Assembly (NCBI GenBank): GCA_947452765.1
Contig: CANGDR010000003.1
Coordinates: 19,561-83,560 of the forward strand
From: Actinomycetota bacterium
GTDB taxonomy: Bacteria > Actinomycetota > Actinomycetes > S36-B12 > UBA5976
DNA length: 64,000 bases
Direction of reading: 5' to 3'
Shown here: in pieces, positions 8,770 through 19,948 of the stretch
Layout of the letters: each line of letters begins with the position of its first letter
Position numbering within the stretch: the stretch's first letter is position 1
Made by a program: the position numbers and the translations under genes
Notes under the pieces: generated by a model
Told to the model about the DNA's origin: nothing
Database searches by the model: none
The model's input: the letters and a program-made list of their open reading frames with translations, nothing else

Positions 8770-9375
8770 GTGCTTGATAACGCGGATGCTCGGCAGTTTT
8801 TGGCCCGTTTCGTAGATCCCATTGCAAAGGGGCTACTCAAGCTTGGTGTCAGTCCCGATGCGATGACATGGATTGGATGCCTTTCCAGCGTTGCGGTGTC
8901 TGCATTTTTGCTAAGTCAAGGATATTTTTTACTTGGCGGAATCCTGATGGGTTTATTCACTTTGACGGACTTGTTTGATGGCACGATGGCTCGGATGAGC
9001 GGAACTGCCGGCCCTTGGGGTGCATTTCTCGATTCAACACTGGACCGAGTGTCAGATGCAGCCATATTCATAGCGCTGTTCTATTACTACGTAGGTCGCA
9101 TTGATCTAAATTTACTTGCTTGCGTGTCAGCAGTGGTAGCCCTTACGGGTGCTTTGCTTACTTCGTACGCCAGAGCCAAAGCCGAGTCGTTAGGTGCCAG
9201 CTGCACAGTCGGAATTGCAGAGCGTGCCGAACGTACAACTTTGCTCTGGATTGGATTTATGTTCAGCGGAATTTTTTTCGACGTGATGCCATTTGTGTTA
9301 GTAGCTCTTGCGTTCCTTTCAGTCGTCACAGTTGTTCAACGTCTTTTGTTTGTGCGCAACCAGTTGGCTGTATGA
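8770..9375 (+). CDS. pgsA1: CDP-alcohol phosphatidyltransferase, phosphatidylinositol phosphate synthase-like
   Basis: 201 aa. Motif DLFDGTMAR..G..LDSTLDRVSD and multiple TM segments. Synteny thrS-HIT-pgsA1-patA-pimA as in Rv2612c. Confidence 0.85.
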   Translation: MLDNADARQFLARFVDPIAKGLLKLGVSPDAMTWIGCLSSVAVSAFLLSQGYFLLGGILMGLFTLTDLFDGTMARMSGTAGPWGAFLDSTLDRVSDAAIFIALFYYYVGRIDLNLLACVSAVVALTGALLTSYARAKAESLGASCTVGIAERAERTTLLWIGFMFSGIFFDVMPFVLVALAFLSVVTVVQRLLFVRNQLAV

Positions 9376-10277
9376 AAATCCCTGATCGAATGATCGATGC
9401 CGGTTTTTGGCTCGGCTGGAATGTGCTCTGGATAATTCCGGCACCAATCTCGTATCGGCTATTTGACTTGGGAGCGCGAATCGCATGGCGCCGTAAAACT
9501 CAAGGTGTTCGGCAGCTGGAGTTGAATCTCACTCGAGTGCTAGGTTGCGAACTTTCCGATCCCAGAATCCGAGTATTAAGTCGCCTAGCAACGCGCAGTT
9601 ATATGCGTTACTACTGCGAAACATTTTTACTGCCTCGTTGGTCCGACACAGAACTCTTAACGTCAGTTGTCGCAATCAACGCTGATGCTGTCACGGCTGC
9701 GCTGCAAACAGGCGGCGCAATAATTACATTGCCTCATTCTGGGAACTGGGATCATGCAGGAGCATGGGCGGCTAAATATTTTGGCTCGTTATGCACTGTT
9801 GCCGAACGACTGCGACCCGAAGGTGTTTTCCAAAAATTTCTGGCGATGAGAATCGGAAGAGGCATGCAGATTATGCCGCTAACTGGTGAGGGTGGCACGT
9901 ATGAGTATTTGCGAGATCACGTCTCGAATGGTCGTCTGGTTGCATTGTTGGGGGATAGGGATGTGGCAAAAAATGGAATGGGTAATCAATTCTTTGGTTC
10001 CCGGGCATCCCTACCCGTTGGTGCCGCATTGTTGGCGCTCGATACCGGCCGACCACTCTTTACCTGCGCAACTTCCTATGACGGCAATAAATTGGTAATC
10101 GCTTTCGATGATGAAATTACATTCGATCGAACACCAGTTGTCGGGCGCGATCGGTTGCGCAGAGCTCAAGAGATAACACTTCTGGTAGCAGAGAATTTTG
10201 AGAAACAAATCTCAGCACACCCTGAAAACTGGCATCAACTTCAGCCAGTCTGGCCAGACTTAGTGGCAAGTAAGTGA
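9372..10277 (+). CDS. patA: phosphatidylinositol mannoside acyltransferase (LPLAT family)
   Basis: Start chosen at ATG 9372 (MKIPDRM...), overlapping the pgsA1 stop as ATGA. HX4D motif HSGNWD. Rv2611c-type position. The ORF-track start at 9120 would overlap pgsA1 by 250 nt. Confidence 0.8.
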   Translation: MKIPDRMIDAGFWLGWNVLWIIPAPISYRLFDLGARIAWRRKTQGVRQLELNLTRVLGCELSDPRIRVLSRLATRSYMRYYCETFLLPRWSDTELLTSVVAINADAVTAALQTGGAIITLPHSGNWDHAGAWAAKYFGSLCTVAERLRPEGVFQKFLAMRIGRGMQIMPLTGEGGTYEYLRDHVSNGRLVALLGDRDVAKNGMGNQFFGSRASLPVGAALLALDTGRPLFTCATSYDGNKLVIAFDDEITFDRTPVVGRDRLRRAQEITLLVAENFEKQISAHPENWHQLQPVWPDLVASK

Positions 10278-11473
10278 ACTCAAAAATGCGAATTGGAATT
10301 GTTTGCCCATATGCCTGGGATGTTCCAGGCGGAGTTAGCGCGCACGTTCACGATCTGGCGGAATCGCTAATTCGTATGGGGCATTATGTTAGCGTGCTAG
10401 CTCCAGCAGAGTCTGAGCTTGGATTACCTGATTTCGTTGTCTCGACAGGTAAACCCAAAGCAGTGAGATACAACGGATCGGTCGCGCGACTAAGTTTCGG
10501 TCCGGTTACAGCGCGTAAAGTCTCACGCTGGATTGAAGACGGCAAATTTGATGTCCTGCATGTGCATGAACCGTTAGCTCCGAGCCTTTCGGTCCTGGCA
10601 TGTTGGGCCGCTAAGGGACCGATTGTCGCGACTTGGCATTCAAGTATGGATCGCTCAAGAATGATATTGAGTCTGGCGAAATTAGCACAGACTGCAATGG
10701 AGAAAATCTCCGCACGGATTGCTGTAAGCGAAGCGGCCCGATCAACTTTGGTCCATCACGTTGGCGGGGACGCAGTTGTCATACCTAACGGAGTCGACAT
10801 TGCGACTTTTTCGCATGCGAAACCAATGTCAGGCTGGCCTGGTGCGGGCAAAGCTCTAGTTTTCTTGGGGCGGGTAGATGAATCGAGAAAAGGCTTAGAT
10901 GTTCTCATGCGCGCTTACCCAGAGATCCGAAAGCAGTATCCAGATCTGCGACTTCTGATAGCAGGACCGGGCGATGCCAGCGACGCAATTGCCAATTTGC
11001 CAACAACGGACCAGCAAAGTGTGACCGCTTTAGGAATGATCAGCTCAGAACTAAAACCAAGCGTGTTAGCCTCCGGCACAATCTATGTTGCTCCAAATAC
11101 TGGAGGTGAATCGTTTGGCATTGTTTTATTGGAGGCAATGGCTTCCGGAACTCCGGTTGTATCCAGCGACTTAGAAGCATTTTCCAGCGTGCTCAACTTT
11201 GGTAGATCTGGAGTTACTTTTAAGAATGAAGATTCTGAGGATTTAGCAAAAGTAATAGTTGATCTGTTGTCTGATGACTTCAGGCTCGCACAACTGAAAG
11301 CAAAGGGCATTGACCGTGCAAAAGAATTCGACTGGGTTGTTGTTGCTGCGAAGATTGTGGATGTATATGAATCTGTCCGAGTCCCAGGAATGGTAGTAGA
11401 GCCAGACTTGGCAGGACAAATGATGGGCAGGCTCGGACGAGGTCGAATCACGCCAGAGGGTAGAAGCGAGTGA
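10274..11473 (+). CDS. pimA: GT4 glycosyltransferase, phosphatidylinositol alpha-mannosyltransferase
   Basis: 399 aa. GT-B/GT4 signatures (GGVSAHV, ESFGIVLLEAMASGTPVV). Conserved position after patA. The start may be ATG 10286. Confidence 0.85.
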   Translation: MNSKMRIGIVCPYAWDVPGGVSAHVHDLAESLIRMGHYVSVLAPAESELGLPDFVVSTGKPKAVRYNGSVARLSFGPVTARKVSRWIEDGKFDVLHVHEPLAPSLSVLACWAAKGPIVATWHSSMDRSRMILSLAKLAQTAMEKISARIAVSEAARSTLVHHVGGDAVVIPNGVDIATFSHAKPMSGWPGAGKALVFLGRVDESRKGLDVLMRAYPEIRKQYPDLRLLIAGPGDASDAIANLPTTDQQSVTALGMISSELKPSVLASGTIYVAPNTGGESFGIVLLEAMASGTPVVSSDLEAFSSVLNFGRSGVTFKNEDSEDLAKVIVDLLSDDFRLAQLKAKGIDRAKEFDWVVVAAKIVDVYESVRVPGMVVEPDLAGQMMGRLGRGRITPEGRSE

Positions 11474-12027
11474 TGACAACCCAAAATATTTTGCTCCTCG
11501 CAATTGGTTGCCTCATAGTTTGGTATTTGTCACATCAGGCTGGTCGGCTAGATCGATTGCATCACCGGATTGAGGTTTCTGAGCTTGCGCTTCACGGTCA
11601 ACTCAATCGACGAGCTGGCATTGTTGCCGAGTTGGCAAGTGTCGCGTCAATTGATCCCGCGCTTTCAGCAGTTTGGGGTGACGCGGCGCATGATGTATTG
11701 GCTCTAGAAGATGACAGTTCGGCGAGCCGTACCGACACTGAAAATGAACTGACCCAAGTTTTGGTGGCGACACTGGATGACGACGAGGAAGTCGACGAAA
11801 TCAGTCGTGACCCGTTTGCGGCCAAGCTGCTCGGTGAGCTGGCACATGCTGCAAACCGCATCCAAATGGGTAGAAGGTTCCATGCTGATGCCGTTCGAGA
11901 CTGTCTCGAAATCCGCAACCAAACCCTTGTTCGCCTATTTTTCCTCGCAGGGCACGCCCCAATGCCCAGAACCATTGATTTCGATGACCAGATCCCCGCT
12001 GGGCTTCGCGACTCGCGAAACCTCTAG
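11470..12027 (+). CDS. membrane-anchored hypothetical protein (weakly LemA-like)
   Basis: 185 aa with an N-terminal TM helix and a helical remainder. Start/stop overlap with pimA. No firm family assignment. Confidence 0.4.
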   Translation: MMTTQNILLLAIGCLIVWYLSHQAGRLDRLHHRIEVSELALHGQLNRRAGIVAELASVASIDPALSAVWGDAAHDVLALEDDSSASRTDTENELTQVLVATLDDDEEVDEISRDPFAAKLLGELAHAANRIQMGRRFHADAVRDCLEIRNQTLVRLFFLAGHAPMPRTIDFDDQIPAGLRDSRNL

Positions 12028-12077
12028 AGATCGCTAGACTTTCCTTCACAAGCCGTTATCAAATTTACGAGGACAAC

Positions 12078-12980
12078 ATGGCAACCGATGCAACAACAGG
12101 TTTAACAGGAACTACTCGCGTAAAGCGAGGCATGGCAGACATGCTCAAAGGTGGCGTCATCATGGACGTTGTCAACGCTGAGCAAGCAAAGATTGCCGAA
12201 GATGCAGGTGCGATCGCCGTTATGGCGCTTGAACGAGTGCCTGCTGACATCCGCGCCCAGGGTGGCGTGGCACGGATGTCTGATCCAGACATGATCGACG
12301 GCATCATTAAAGCAGTCTCGATTCCAGTTATGGCAAAGGCCCGCATCGGCCATTTTGTTGAAGCGCAAGTAATCCAAAGCCTCGGTGTTGATTACATCGA
12401 TGAATCCGAAGTTTTAACGCCAGCCGATTACATAAACCACATCGACAAGTGGGCCTTTACGGTTCCCTTCGTATGCGGCGCTACAAACTTGGGTGAAGCA
12501 CTCCGTCGCATTAACGAAGGTGCAGCAATGATTCGCTCAAAGGGTGAAGCTGGTACCGGTGACGTATCGAATGCAACTGGTCACATCCGCACAATTAAGG
12601 GTGAGATTCGCCGATTATCGTCGATGTCTAAAGATGAACTTTATGTGGCTGCGAAAGAACTTCAAGCACCTTACGAATTAGTCTGTGAAGTTGCCGAAAA
12701 GGGCGCTTTGCCAGTTGTGCTATTCACTGCCGGTGGCATTGCAACTCCAGCCGACGCAGCAATGATGATGCAGCTTGGTGCTGACGGTGTGTTCGTCGGA
12801 TCCGGCATCTTCAAGTCCGGCGATCCAGTCAAGCGTGCACATGCAATTGTTCAGGCAACACTGCATTTTGATAATCCAGACGAGATCGCAAAAGCATCAC
12901 GCGGACTTGGTGAAGCAATGGTTGGAATTAACGTTGCTGACATCCCAGTTCCACATCGTTTGGCCGAGCGCGGCTGGTAG
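12078..12980 (+). CDS. pdxS: pyridoxal 5'-phosphate synthase lyase subunit
   Basis: 300 aa. Highly conserved PdxS sequence ([36 protein letters not shown]). Confidence 0.95.
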   Translation: MATDATTGLTGTTRVKRGMADMLKGGVIMDVVNAEQAKIAEDAGAIAVMALERVPADIRAQGGVARMSDPDMIDGIIKAVSIPVMAKARIGHFVEAQVIQSLGVDYIDESEVLTPADYINHIDKWAFTVPFVCGATNLGEALRRINEGAAMIRSKGEAGTGDVSNATGHIRTIKGEIRRLSSMSKDELYVAAKELQAPYELVCEVAEKGALPVVLFTAGGIATPADAAMMMQLGADGVFVGSGIFKSGDPVKRAHAIVQATLHFDNPDEIAKASRGLGEAMVGINVADIPVPHRLAERGW

Positions 12981-12986
12981 TAATTG

Positions 12987-13592
12987 ATGTCCCCAGTAAT
13001 TGGGGTTCTCGCAATCCAGGGTGATGTGCGAGAACACGCCCATTGTTTGGAGCAATCAGGTGCCCAGGTTCGGTTAGTTAAGACCGTCGAGCAGTTTCAA
13101 GGGATTTCTGGATTAGTAATTCCCGGTGGTGAGTCAACCACCATGAGCATTCTCGCGGTAAAAAATAACCTGCTGGAACCATTGCGTGAACTACGTACGA
13201 AAATTCCTATGTACGGATCCTGTGCTGGGCTAATTATGTTGGCAGATCACATCACAGATGGAAGGTCGGATCAAGAGACAATTGGCGGATTACACATCAC
13301 TGCTCGACGTAATGCATTCGGCAGGCAAGTGGATTCATTCGAAATCGATTTAGCGATTCCAGCAATTGGTGCACCTGATTATCACGCAATTTTTATCCGA
13401 GCCCCACTAGTTGAATCTGCCGCGGATGACGTCGAAGTCCTGGCGGCGATACCAGCGGCTAATTCGTTAACCAACTCAGATCAAATTGTTGCGGTCCGGC
13501 AAGATAATATTCTGGCAACGTCGTTTCATCCTGAAATTACGTCGGATCTTCGAATCCACGATTACTTCGTAGAAATGGTGAGGTCAGCATGA
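12987..13592 (+). CDS. pdxT: pyridoxal 5'-phosphate synthase glutaminase subunit
   Basis: About 201 aa. [15 protein letters not shown], catalytic Cys in GSCAG, FHPE. ATG at 12987 (TTG at 12984 is also possible). Confidence 0.9.
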   Translation: MSPVIGVLAIQGDVREHAHCLEQSGAQVRLVKTVEQFQGISGLVIPGGESTTMSILAVKNNLLEPLRELRTKIPMYGSCAGLIMLADHITDGRSDQETIGGLHITARRNAFGRQVDSFEIDLAIPAIGAPDYHAIFIRAPLVESAADDVEVLAAIPAANSLTNSDQIVAVRQDNILATSFHPEITSDLRIHDYFVEMVRSA

Positions 13593-14341
13593 GCGGCCAT
13601 TCAAAATGGGCAACAACTAAGCACAAAAAAGCAGTAGTTGATTCCCGACGTGGAAAGCTGTTCGCAAAACTCATCAAGAACATTGAAGTTGCCGCTCGAG
13701 TCGGAGGCGGCGACACATCTGCGAATCCAACGCTCTACGACGCAATTGTTAAGGCAAAGAAAAGTTCAGTTCCAAATGACAACATCGATCGAGCTGTTAA
13801 GCGCGGCTCTGGCGTTGAAGCTGGTGGCGCGGATTATCAAACGATCATGTACGAAGGTTATGGACCCAACGGAGTAGCGCTCTTGATCGAATGTCTTTCA
13901 GACAATAAGAACCGAGCTGCGTCGGACACCCGAGTTGCGGTTACTAGAAATGGCGGCACGATGGCTGATCCAGGCTCTGTGTCCTATATGTTTGAGCGCA
14001 AAGGTGTGGTCATGGTGCCACAAGGTGCCTCGACTGAAGAGGCGATCATGGATGCGGTTCTTGATGCAGGCGCTGAAGAAGTAAACGATCATGGCGGCAG
14101 TATTGAGATTATTTGTGACTCAAAGGACGTAGTGGCAGTGCGTCAGGCCCTACAACTAGCGGGAATTGACTATGAATCAGCCGAATCTACGTTTGTTCCG
14201 AATATGTTGGTGCCAGTCGATGCAGATACTGCTCGAAAGGTATTCGCCTTGATTGAGGCCCTTGAAGACGTAGATGATGTGCAAAATATCTTTACAAATA
14301 TCGACATTTCCGATGAAGTTCTAGCTGAACTAGACGACTAA
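13589..14341 (+). CDS. yebC: YebC/PmpR family DNA-binding transcriptional regulator
   Basis: 250 aa. Starts [15 protein letters not shown], the family hallmark. Confidence 0.9.
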   Translation: MSGHSKWATTKHKKAVVDSRRGKLFAKLIKNIEVAARVGGGDTSANPTLYDAIVKAKKSSVPNDNIDRAVKRGSGVEAGGADYQTIMYEGYGPNGVALLIECLSDNKNRAASDTRVAVTRNGGTMADPGSVSYMFERKGVVMVPQGASTEEAIMDAVLDAGAEEVNDHGGSIEIICDSKDVVAVRQALQLAGIDYESAESTFVPNMLVPVDADTARKVFALIEALEDVDDVQNIFTNIDISDEVLAELDD

Positions 14342-14383
14342 AGCCCTAAATACGCCACCTTTGCCCATTTATGGCATAGGCTT

Positions 14384-14399
14384 TCGAACAGATGTTCGG
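14384..14399 (+). promoter_or_regulatory. LexA SOS box (actinobacterial type)
   Basis: TCGAACAGATGTTCGG matches the TCGAAC-N4-GTTCGA consensus at 11/12 defined positions. It overlaps the first in-frame ATG of ruvC. Confidence 0.65.
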
Positions 14400-14934
14400 A
14401 GGAATTGTGCGCATACTTGGTATCGACCCAGGTCTTACTCGTTGTGGGGTGGGGATCGTGGATCTAAACACCAGCCGGAGAGCCTCCTTTGTTGGAGTGC
14501 ACGTAGTCAAAACACCGGCCGAAAGCGCATTGCCCGATCGATTGCTGGCCCTGGAAACTGAACTAGACGACCTTTTTGGAACTTACAAACCAGATGTAAT
14601 TGCACTTGAGCGAGTGTTTAGTCAGCACAATGTGCGAACGGCGATGGGTACAGCGCAAGCTTCTGCAATCGGTATGTTGGTGGCCGCTAGACACGGTCTT
14701 AAAGTTGAAATGTACACACCAACTGAAGTTAAAGCTGCGGTAACTGGTTATGGTCGTGCCGATAAAGCTCAAGTCACAGCCATGGTAACGCGACTTTTAA
14801 ATCTTGCTACGCCACCAAAGCCAGCTGATGCTGCCGATGCACTTGCACTTGCGCTTTGTCACGCGTGGAAAGGTCACGGCCGCAGTCGAATCCAAGAACA
14901 TATTGCAAAGCATGCAGTTGTAGGTGCCTCATGA
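14392..14934 (+). CDS. ruvC: crossover junction endodeoxyribonuclease RuvC
   Basis: 180 aa. [13 protein letters not shown]... motif. The start is ATG 14392 or GTG 14407. Confidence 0.9.
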   Translation: MFGGIVRILGIDPGLTRCGVGIVDLNTSRRASFVGVHVVKTPAESALPDRLLALETELDDLFGTYKPDVIALERVFSQHNVRTAMGTAQASAIGMLVAARHGLKVEMYTPTEVKAAVTGYGRADKAQVTAMVTRLLNLATPPKPADAADALALALCHAWKGHGRSRIQEHIAKHAVVGAS

Positions 14935-15527
14935 TCTCTTCACTTCGAGGACCAGTTTTAGAGATTCGGCCGGACTCGCTAGTCATCGCAGTTGGTGGAG
15001 TTGGCATGATGGTCATGTGTGCACCCGACACAATTGCACAAGCTCGCATCGGGGGCGAAACCACGTTATTCACATCGTTGGTTGTTCGAGAGGACTCGCT
15101 AACACTTTTCGGTTTCGCTGCTGCCGACAGTCGAGAATTGTTCGATGTCATTCAAGGTGTTTCTGGGTTTGGTGCCAAATTAGCGTTTACGATTCTCTCT
15201 TCGCTTAGCGCTGACGAGCTTCGAATTGCAATCGGAACCGAAGATGTAGCACGCCTCAAGCAAACTCCAGGTGTCGGAGCCAAGGGAGCCCAGCGCCTAG
15301 TGCTGGAACTTAAGGACCGCATTGGAATTTTGCCTTCAGGCAATAAGCGCACCCTGCCAGCGCAAGCGCATTGGCAGGAACAAGTTGAACAAGGTTTGCT
15401 CGGGCTAGGTTGGACTAACCGAGACGCCCAGCGAGCCATTAGCGCGGTAGTCGATGAAGGCGTCACGGATCCGGATGCAATTTCAGATCTATTGCGACGA
15501 GCACTACAGATTTTGGCAGGAGCATGA
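14931..15527 (+). CDS. ruvA: Holliday junction branch migration protein RuvA
   Basis: Start at ATG 14931 (MISSLRGPV...), overlapping the ruvC stop as ATGA. HhH motifs ([10 protein letters not shown]). Confidence 0.9.
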   Translation: MISSLRGPVLEIRPDSLVIAVGGVGMMVMCAPDTIAQARIGGETTLFTSLVVREDSLTLFGFAAADSRELFDVIQGVSGFGAKLAFTILSSLSADELRIAIGTEDVARLKQTPGVGAKGAQRLVLELKDRIGILPSGNKRTLPAQAHWQEQVEQGLLGLGWTNRDAQRAISAVVDEGVTDPDAISDLLRRALQILAGA

Positions 15528-16552
15528 ACGATCGCATGGTCAGCCCCGAGTTATCTAATGAGGAACGTGTCGCAGATGCGGCACTTCGCCCAACATCCTT
15601 AGCTGAATTCGTTGGGCAACAACGTGTCAAAGACCAGCTCCAGCTGGTATTGAGTGCTGCCAAACAAAGACAATCAAGTGCCGACCACATTTTGCTTTCA
15701 GGTCCTCCTGGATTAGGAAAAACCACGCTCGCCATGATTATTGCTGCTGAGGTAGGTGCACCGTTGCGGATAACGAGTGGACCAACAATTCAACATGCTG
15801 GAGATCTGGCTAGCATTCTTTCGAGTTTGGTTCCGGGGGAAGTTCTCTTCCTGGACGAAATCCATCGCATGTCACGCGCTGCCGAAGAAATGATGTATTT
15901 GGCGATGGAAGATTTCCGGGTTGATGTAATGATTGGTAAGGGCCCAGGCGCGACATCAATTCCACTGGAACTACCGCCATTTACTTTGGTTGGCGCAACC
16001 ACCCGCTCGGGTATGTTGCCCGCACCGCTCCGAGACAGATTCGGCTTCACGGCTCACTTGGACTATTACGAACCAAAAGACCTTGAGTTGATAGTGCTGC
16101 GTTCGGCTCGACAGTTAGAAATTCAAATCGAGCCTTCAGCAGCAACCGAACTATCTTTGCGCTCACGCGGCACCCCGAGAATTGCCAATCGTTTACTCCG
16201 GCGAGCTCGTGATTACGCGCAAGTGCATCACGATGGTGTTCTTACGCTTGAAAGGACGAAGTCGGCGCTCGAACTTTACGAAGTCGACGACTTGGGATTA
16301 GATCGGCTGGATAGAGCAGTTTTGGTTGCATTGATTGATAAATTTGGCGGTGGCCCCGTTGGACTCACAACACTAGCGCTAGCGGTGGGTGAAGAGCCAG
16401 AGACTGTGGATTCTGTTTGCGAACCATTCCTGGTGCGTGAAGGATTTATGACGCGAACTTCGAGAGGGCGAGTTGCAACGCCGGCCGCCTGGACGGCACT
16501 TGGCAGAAATACCCCAAAAAATCTGGGTCAATTGGACATTGCGGGTGGCTAG
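15524..16552 (+). CDS. ruvB: Holliday junction branch migration DNA helicase RuvB
   Basis: 342 aa. Walker [10 protein letters not shown] and [12 protein letters not shown] overlap with ruvA. Confidence 0.95.
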   Translation: MNDRMVSPELSNEERVADAALRPTSLAEFVGQQRVKDQLQLVLSAAKQRQSSADHILLSGPPGLGKTTLAMIIAAEVGAPLRITSGPTIQHAGDLASILSSLVPGEVLFLDEIHRMSRAAEEMMYLAMEDFRVDVMIGKGPGATSIPLELPPFTLVGATTRSGMLPAPLRDRFGFTAHLDYYEPKDLELIVLRSARQLEIQIEPSAATELSLRSRGTPRIANRLLRRARDYAQVHHDGVLTLERTKSALELYEVDDLGLDRLDRAVLVALIDKFGGGPVGLTTLALAVGEEPETVDSVCEPFLVREGFMTRTSRGRVATPAAWTALGRNTPKNLGQLDIAGG

Positions 16553-16656
16553 CCTGCGTTATTGAGTCACCCGAAATCCAGTAAAGTTAAGGGATTGCCA
16601 CAACTTGGGTTGGCGGGCAGTTATGTAGACAGTACCTAACCGTAAAGGCTATATTC

Positions 16657-18279
16657 GTGGCTAAGCATTATCGTCCCGTTCGATCACTAGTGACAATGGC
16701 AGTCATTCTGGTTGGACTAACTATTTGGGCCTTTATCCCAGGTAAAGATCATGCTCCAAAACTTGGGTTAGATCTTCGTGGTGGAACTCAAGTAATTCTT
16801 TCCCCTAAGACTGGCGACGGTACCGCAATCACACCCGAGCAATTAACCCAGACAGTTTCAATTATTCGCCAACGTGTCGATGGCTTTGGCGTTGCCGAGG
16901 CTCAAGTGACCGTTCAAGGCAGCGGTAGTAGCGCAAAAATTATCGTCACGATACCGGGACAGACCAGTCGCACCATTGTCGATCAGTTAAAGACAACCGC
17001 GCAGTTAAATTTCCGACCAGTTGTTGCTGTTGACTATGGCTCACCTATACCGACAGACTCACCAACACCTACTGCTAGTACTTCTACCAGCCCAGCTGTT
17101 TCTGCAAGTGCAACATCGTCACCAACACCAACACCGTCACCAACACCGAAACCGTCTCCATCTGTTTCAGTGGATCCAGCGCTACTTGCGCCTCCAATCC
17201 AAGCCACAGATTTATCCGGTAATTTTCCAGAACTATTCGCTGCGCTGGATTGCGCGACATCCAAAATCGTCGATGGCGGTGTGGTCGACGATCCGAAGAA
17301 ATATCTTATTAGTTGCGAAAAGAATGGTTCTTATAAATACGTATTGGCCCCAGCAGACCTAGTGGGAACTGACATTCAGAGCGCTACCGCAGGATTACCT
17401 CCACAAGGCGGTGCGGGTTGGCAAGTTGAATTGAAGATGACAACTGAGGGAGCAAAGAAATTTGCGACATCCACGCAAACTCTTTCAGCTGCCACGGCTC
17501 CACAGAATCAATTCGCAATCGTGTTGGATGGTGTAGTTGTGAGTGCACCAGCGGTTAACGAACCAATCCTTGGCGGCTCAGCTGTTATCACTGGTTCATT
17601 TACGGTCGATGAAGCAAAAGCTTTGGCACAGGTACTCAAATATGGAGCGCTTCCTATCGGCTTAGATGTTGACGAAGTTCAACAGATTTCACCTACCTTA
17701 GGCGCCGATCAACTTCGCGCTGGTCTAATTGCGGGTGGGTTCGGATTGCTCCTAGTTATCTTGTATCTACTCTTGTATTACCGTGCACTTGGAATCGTGG
17801 CGGTATTCAGCCTGATGGTTGCCGCAGCAAATACGTACTTAATGTTCATAATCTTGGGTCGAGGAATCGGCTTCACTCTGACACTGGCTGGTATCGCAGG
17901 CGCAATCGTTGCGATCGGAATCACAGCTGACTCCTTCATTATTTATTTTGAGCGTATCCGAGATGAAATTCGAGAAGGTAAACGGTTGCGCACATCCGTA
18001 GATACCGGATGGACCCGAGCTCGCCGCACAATTTTGGCTGCTGATTTTGTGTCGATACTAGCGGCAACCGTGCTTTATTTCCTTTCTGTTGGCAGCGTTC
18101 GAGGTTTCGCTTTCACGCTTGGCTTAACAACCCTGGTAGACGTTCTGGTTGCGTTCCTATTCACCCGTGCGGTGGTTACACGGATTGCCAATTCCAATTG
18201 GATGAATTCTGGTTCGGCTATGACTGGAGTTTGCCCGGAACGACTTGGAGTGGCTAAGGCTTCGGAGGTGACTCAGTAA
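16657..18279 (+). CDS. secD: protein translocase subunit SecD
   Basis: 540 aa with an N-terminal TM segment, a periplasmic domain containing a Pro/Thr/Ser-rich linker, and a C-terminal 5-TM bundle. GTG start. Confidence 0.9.
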   Translation: MAKHYRPVRSLVTMAVILVGLTIWAFIPGKDHAPKLGLDLRGGTQVILSPKTGDGTAITPEQLTQTVSIIRQRVDGFGVAEAQVTVQGSGSSAKIIVTIPGQTSRTIVDQLKTTAQLNFRPVVAVDYGSPIPTDSPTPTASTSTSPAVSASATSSPTPTPSPTPKPSPSVSVDPALLAPPIQATDLSGNFPELFAALDCATSKIVDGGVVDDPKKYLISCEKNGSYKYVLAPADLVGTDIQSATAGLPPQGGAGWQVELKMTTEGAKKFATSTQTLSAATAPQNQFAIVLDGVVVSAPAVNEPILGGSAVITGSFTVDEAKALAQVLKYGALPIGLDVDEVQQISPTLGADQLRAGLIAGGFGLLLVILYLLLYYRALGIVAVFSLMVAAANTYLMFIILGRGIGFTLTLAGIAGAIVAIGITADSFIIYFERIRDEIREGKRLRTSVDTGWTRARRTILAADFVSILAATVLYFLSVGSVRGFAFTLGLTTLVDVLVAFLFTRAVVTRIANSNWMNSGSAMTGVCPERLGVAKASEVTQ

Positions 18280-19367
18280 TGGCTGGTTTAGGTACGCTCG
18301 GCAACCGTCTCTATAGTGGCGAGGTCTCCTACAACATTGTTGGTCGACGCAAACTTTGGTACAGCGTATCTGCCGTGTTGCTCATTCTTTCGATTGCGAC
18401 TCTTGGGATACGAGGTTTAAATCTAGGCATCGAATTTAAGGGTGGTGCGGAATTCTCGGTTCCAGTAGCCACCGCAACAGATGCATCAATAGTTCAGGCG
18501 CGAACTGCAGTGACAAGCACCGGCAACACGGTATCTAGTGTGACGATCGTTGGTGGAAGTACAGTTCGGGTTCAGACTGCTGCTCTTACTTCCGAAGAAT
18601 CGAACAAAGTGAGTGCTGAATTAGCTAAGTCATTTGGTGTTAGTGAATCGGAAGTGAAGGTTCAACTCGTCGGGCCAACGTGGGGTAGCGAAGTATCAAA
18701 GAACGCTGCAAGAGCGTTAGTTGTATTCCTGATCTTGGTGGCATTGTTCTTAGCTATGTATTTTGAATGGCCAATGGCTATCGCAGGTCTTGTTGCGTTG
18801 GGCCACGACGTGCTAATAACAGTCGGTATTTATGCCTTGAGTGGTTTTGAAGTCACGCCAGCCAGCGTTATCGGGTTTTTGACTATTCTCGGTTACTCGC
18901 TTTATGACACGGTCGTGGTATTCGACAAAGTCAAGGAGAACACAAAGGGAATAACCTCTGGTTCACGAATGACTTACAGTGAAGCTGCCAACCTGGCGCT
19001 TAACCAAACCCTCGTGCGCAGTATTAATACCTCGACGGTTGCGTTGCTTCCAGTTCTATCGATCTTGGTAGTTGGCGTGTCATTACTAGGCGCTGGAACG
19101 CTCAACGATTTAGCCTTAGCGCTATTCGTCGGCATGCTCGTTGGAACTTATTCATCAATCTTCGTTGCAACACCGATTTTGGCACAAATCAAGGAACGTC
19201 AGCCTGAAAACATTGCTCTAGCTAAGCGAGTCACTGCAAAGCGGAAGAATTCACCTGAAGCTGGAGATAATCTCGGGGCAGTTCTTGTGGGTGCACCAAT
19301 AGTGCACGCAGCCGGACCGCGCCAACAACGTGTCAAGAAGCCACGTTCTCGACGTTCTGGAAAATAG
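18279..19367 (+). CDS. secF: protein translocase subunit SecF
   Basis: 362 aa. TAATG overlap with secD. Conserved SecF TM region. Confidence 0.9.
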   Translation: MAGLGTLGNRLYSGEVSYNIVGRRKLWYSVSAVLLILSIATLGIRGLNLGIEFKGGAEFSVPVATATDASIVQARTAVTSTGNTVSSVTIVGGSTVRVQTAALTSEESNKVSAELAKSFGVSESEVKVQLVGPTWGSEVSKNAARALVVFLILVALFLAMYFEWPMAIAGLVALGHDVLITVGIYALSGFEVTPASVIGFLTILGYSLYDTVVVFDKVKENTKGITSGSRMTYSEAANLALNQTLVRSINTSTVALLPVLSILVVGVSLLGAGTLNDLALALFVGMLVGTYSSIFVATPILAQIKERQPENIALAKRVTAKRKNSPEAGDNLGAVLVGAPIVHAAGPRQQRVKKPRSRRSGK

Positions 19368-19370
19368 TGC

Positions 19371-19910
19371 ATGGATGCAGCTGGAGTTAACGCTCTAATA
19401 GCGGAGATTAATGACTATCCGCTTCCAGGTGTAGTTTTCAAAGATGTAACTCCAATATCTGGAGATGCAGCTGCAGCCCAGTGGGTTTCTGAGCAAATCT
19501 CGAAACACTTTACAGACCAACGTATAACACGAATAGTTGGTGTTGAAGCTCGCGGCTTTATTTTGGGCGCAGCACTAGCTAGCTATATGCACCTAGGTTT
19601 TGTACCGATCAGAAAAAGTGGCAAGCTTCCGAGGGCTACCTATCGAGCTGAATATGAACTCGAATATGGGAGTGACTCGATTGAAATTCACCAAGATGCC
19701 TTAACGGGAAGCGATCGAGTTTTGATAGTCGATGATGTTTTGGCAACTGGTGGCACTGCCTGTGCAGCAATTGATTTAATCTCACGATGCGGCGCGACGA
19801 CTGTCGGAGTTGCAGTTTTATTGAACTTAGATTTCTTAGGCGGCGCTAGCAAGGTTGCCAAATTTGCTCCTAAATGTGACATTTACACGGTTTTAGAAGT
19901 TGGCAAATAG
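19371..19910 (+). CDS. apt: adenine phosphoribosyltransferase
   Basis: 179 aa. PRPP-binding motif VLIVDDVLATGGT. Confidence 0.9.
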   Translation: MDAAGVNALIAEINDYPLPGVVFKDVTPISGDAAAAQWVSEQISKHFTDQRITRIVGVEARGFILGAALASYMHLGFVPIRKSGKLPRATYRAEYELEYGSDSIEIHQDALTGSDRVLIVDDVLATGGTACAAIDLISRCGATTVGVAVLLNLDFLGGASKVAKFAPKCDIYTVLEVGK

Positions 19911-19948
19911 ACTGGTGCCCAAGCAACTGGATGGATTAGGAGCGTGTA

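Noticed and set aside
9120-9371. A long N-terminal extension of the acyltransferase ORF (track start 9120).
   Set aside because: It would overlap pgsA1 by about 250 nt in another frame, and its Cys/Arg-rich composition is atypical. ATG 9372 gives an ATGA coupling overlap and a normal PatA N-terminus.
17040-17175. Repetitive CCAACACC/ACACCG DNA that could be mistaken for a tandem repeat or array.
   Set aside because: It is in frame inside secD and encodes a Pro/Thr/Ser-rich linker (PTPTASTSTSPAVSASATSSPTPTPSPTPKPSPS). Such linkers are common in actinobacterial SecD periplasmic domains. It has no spacer/repeat periodicity.
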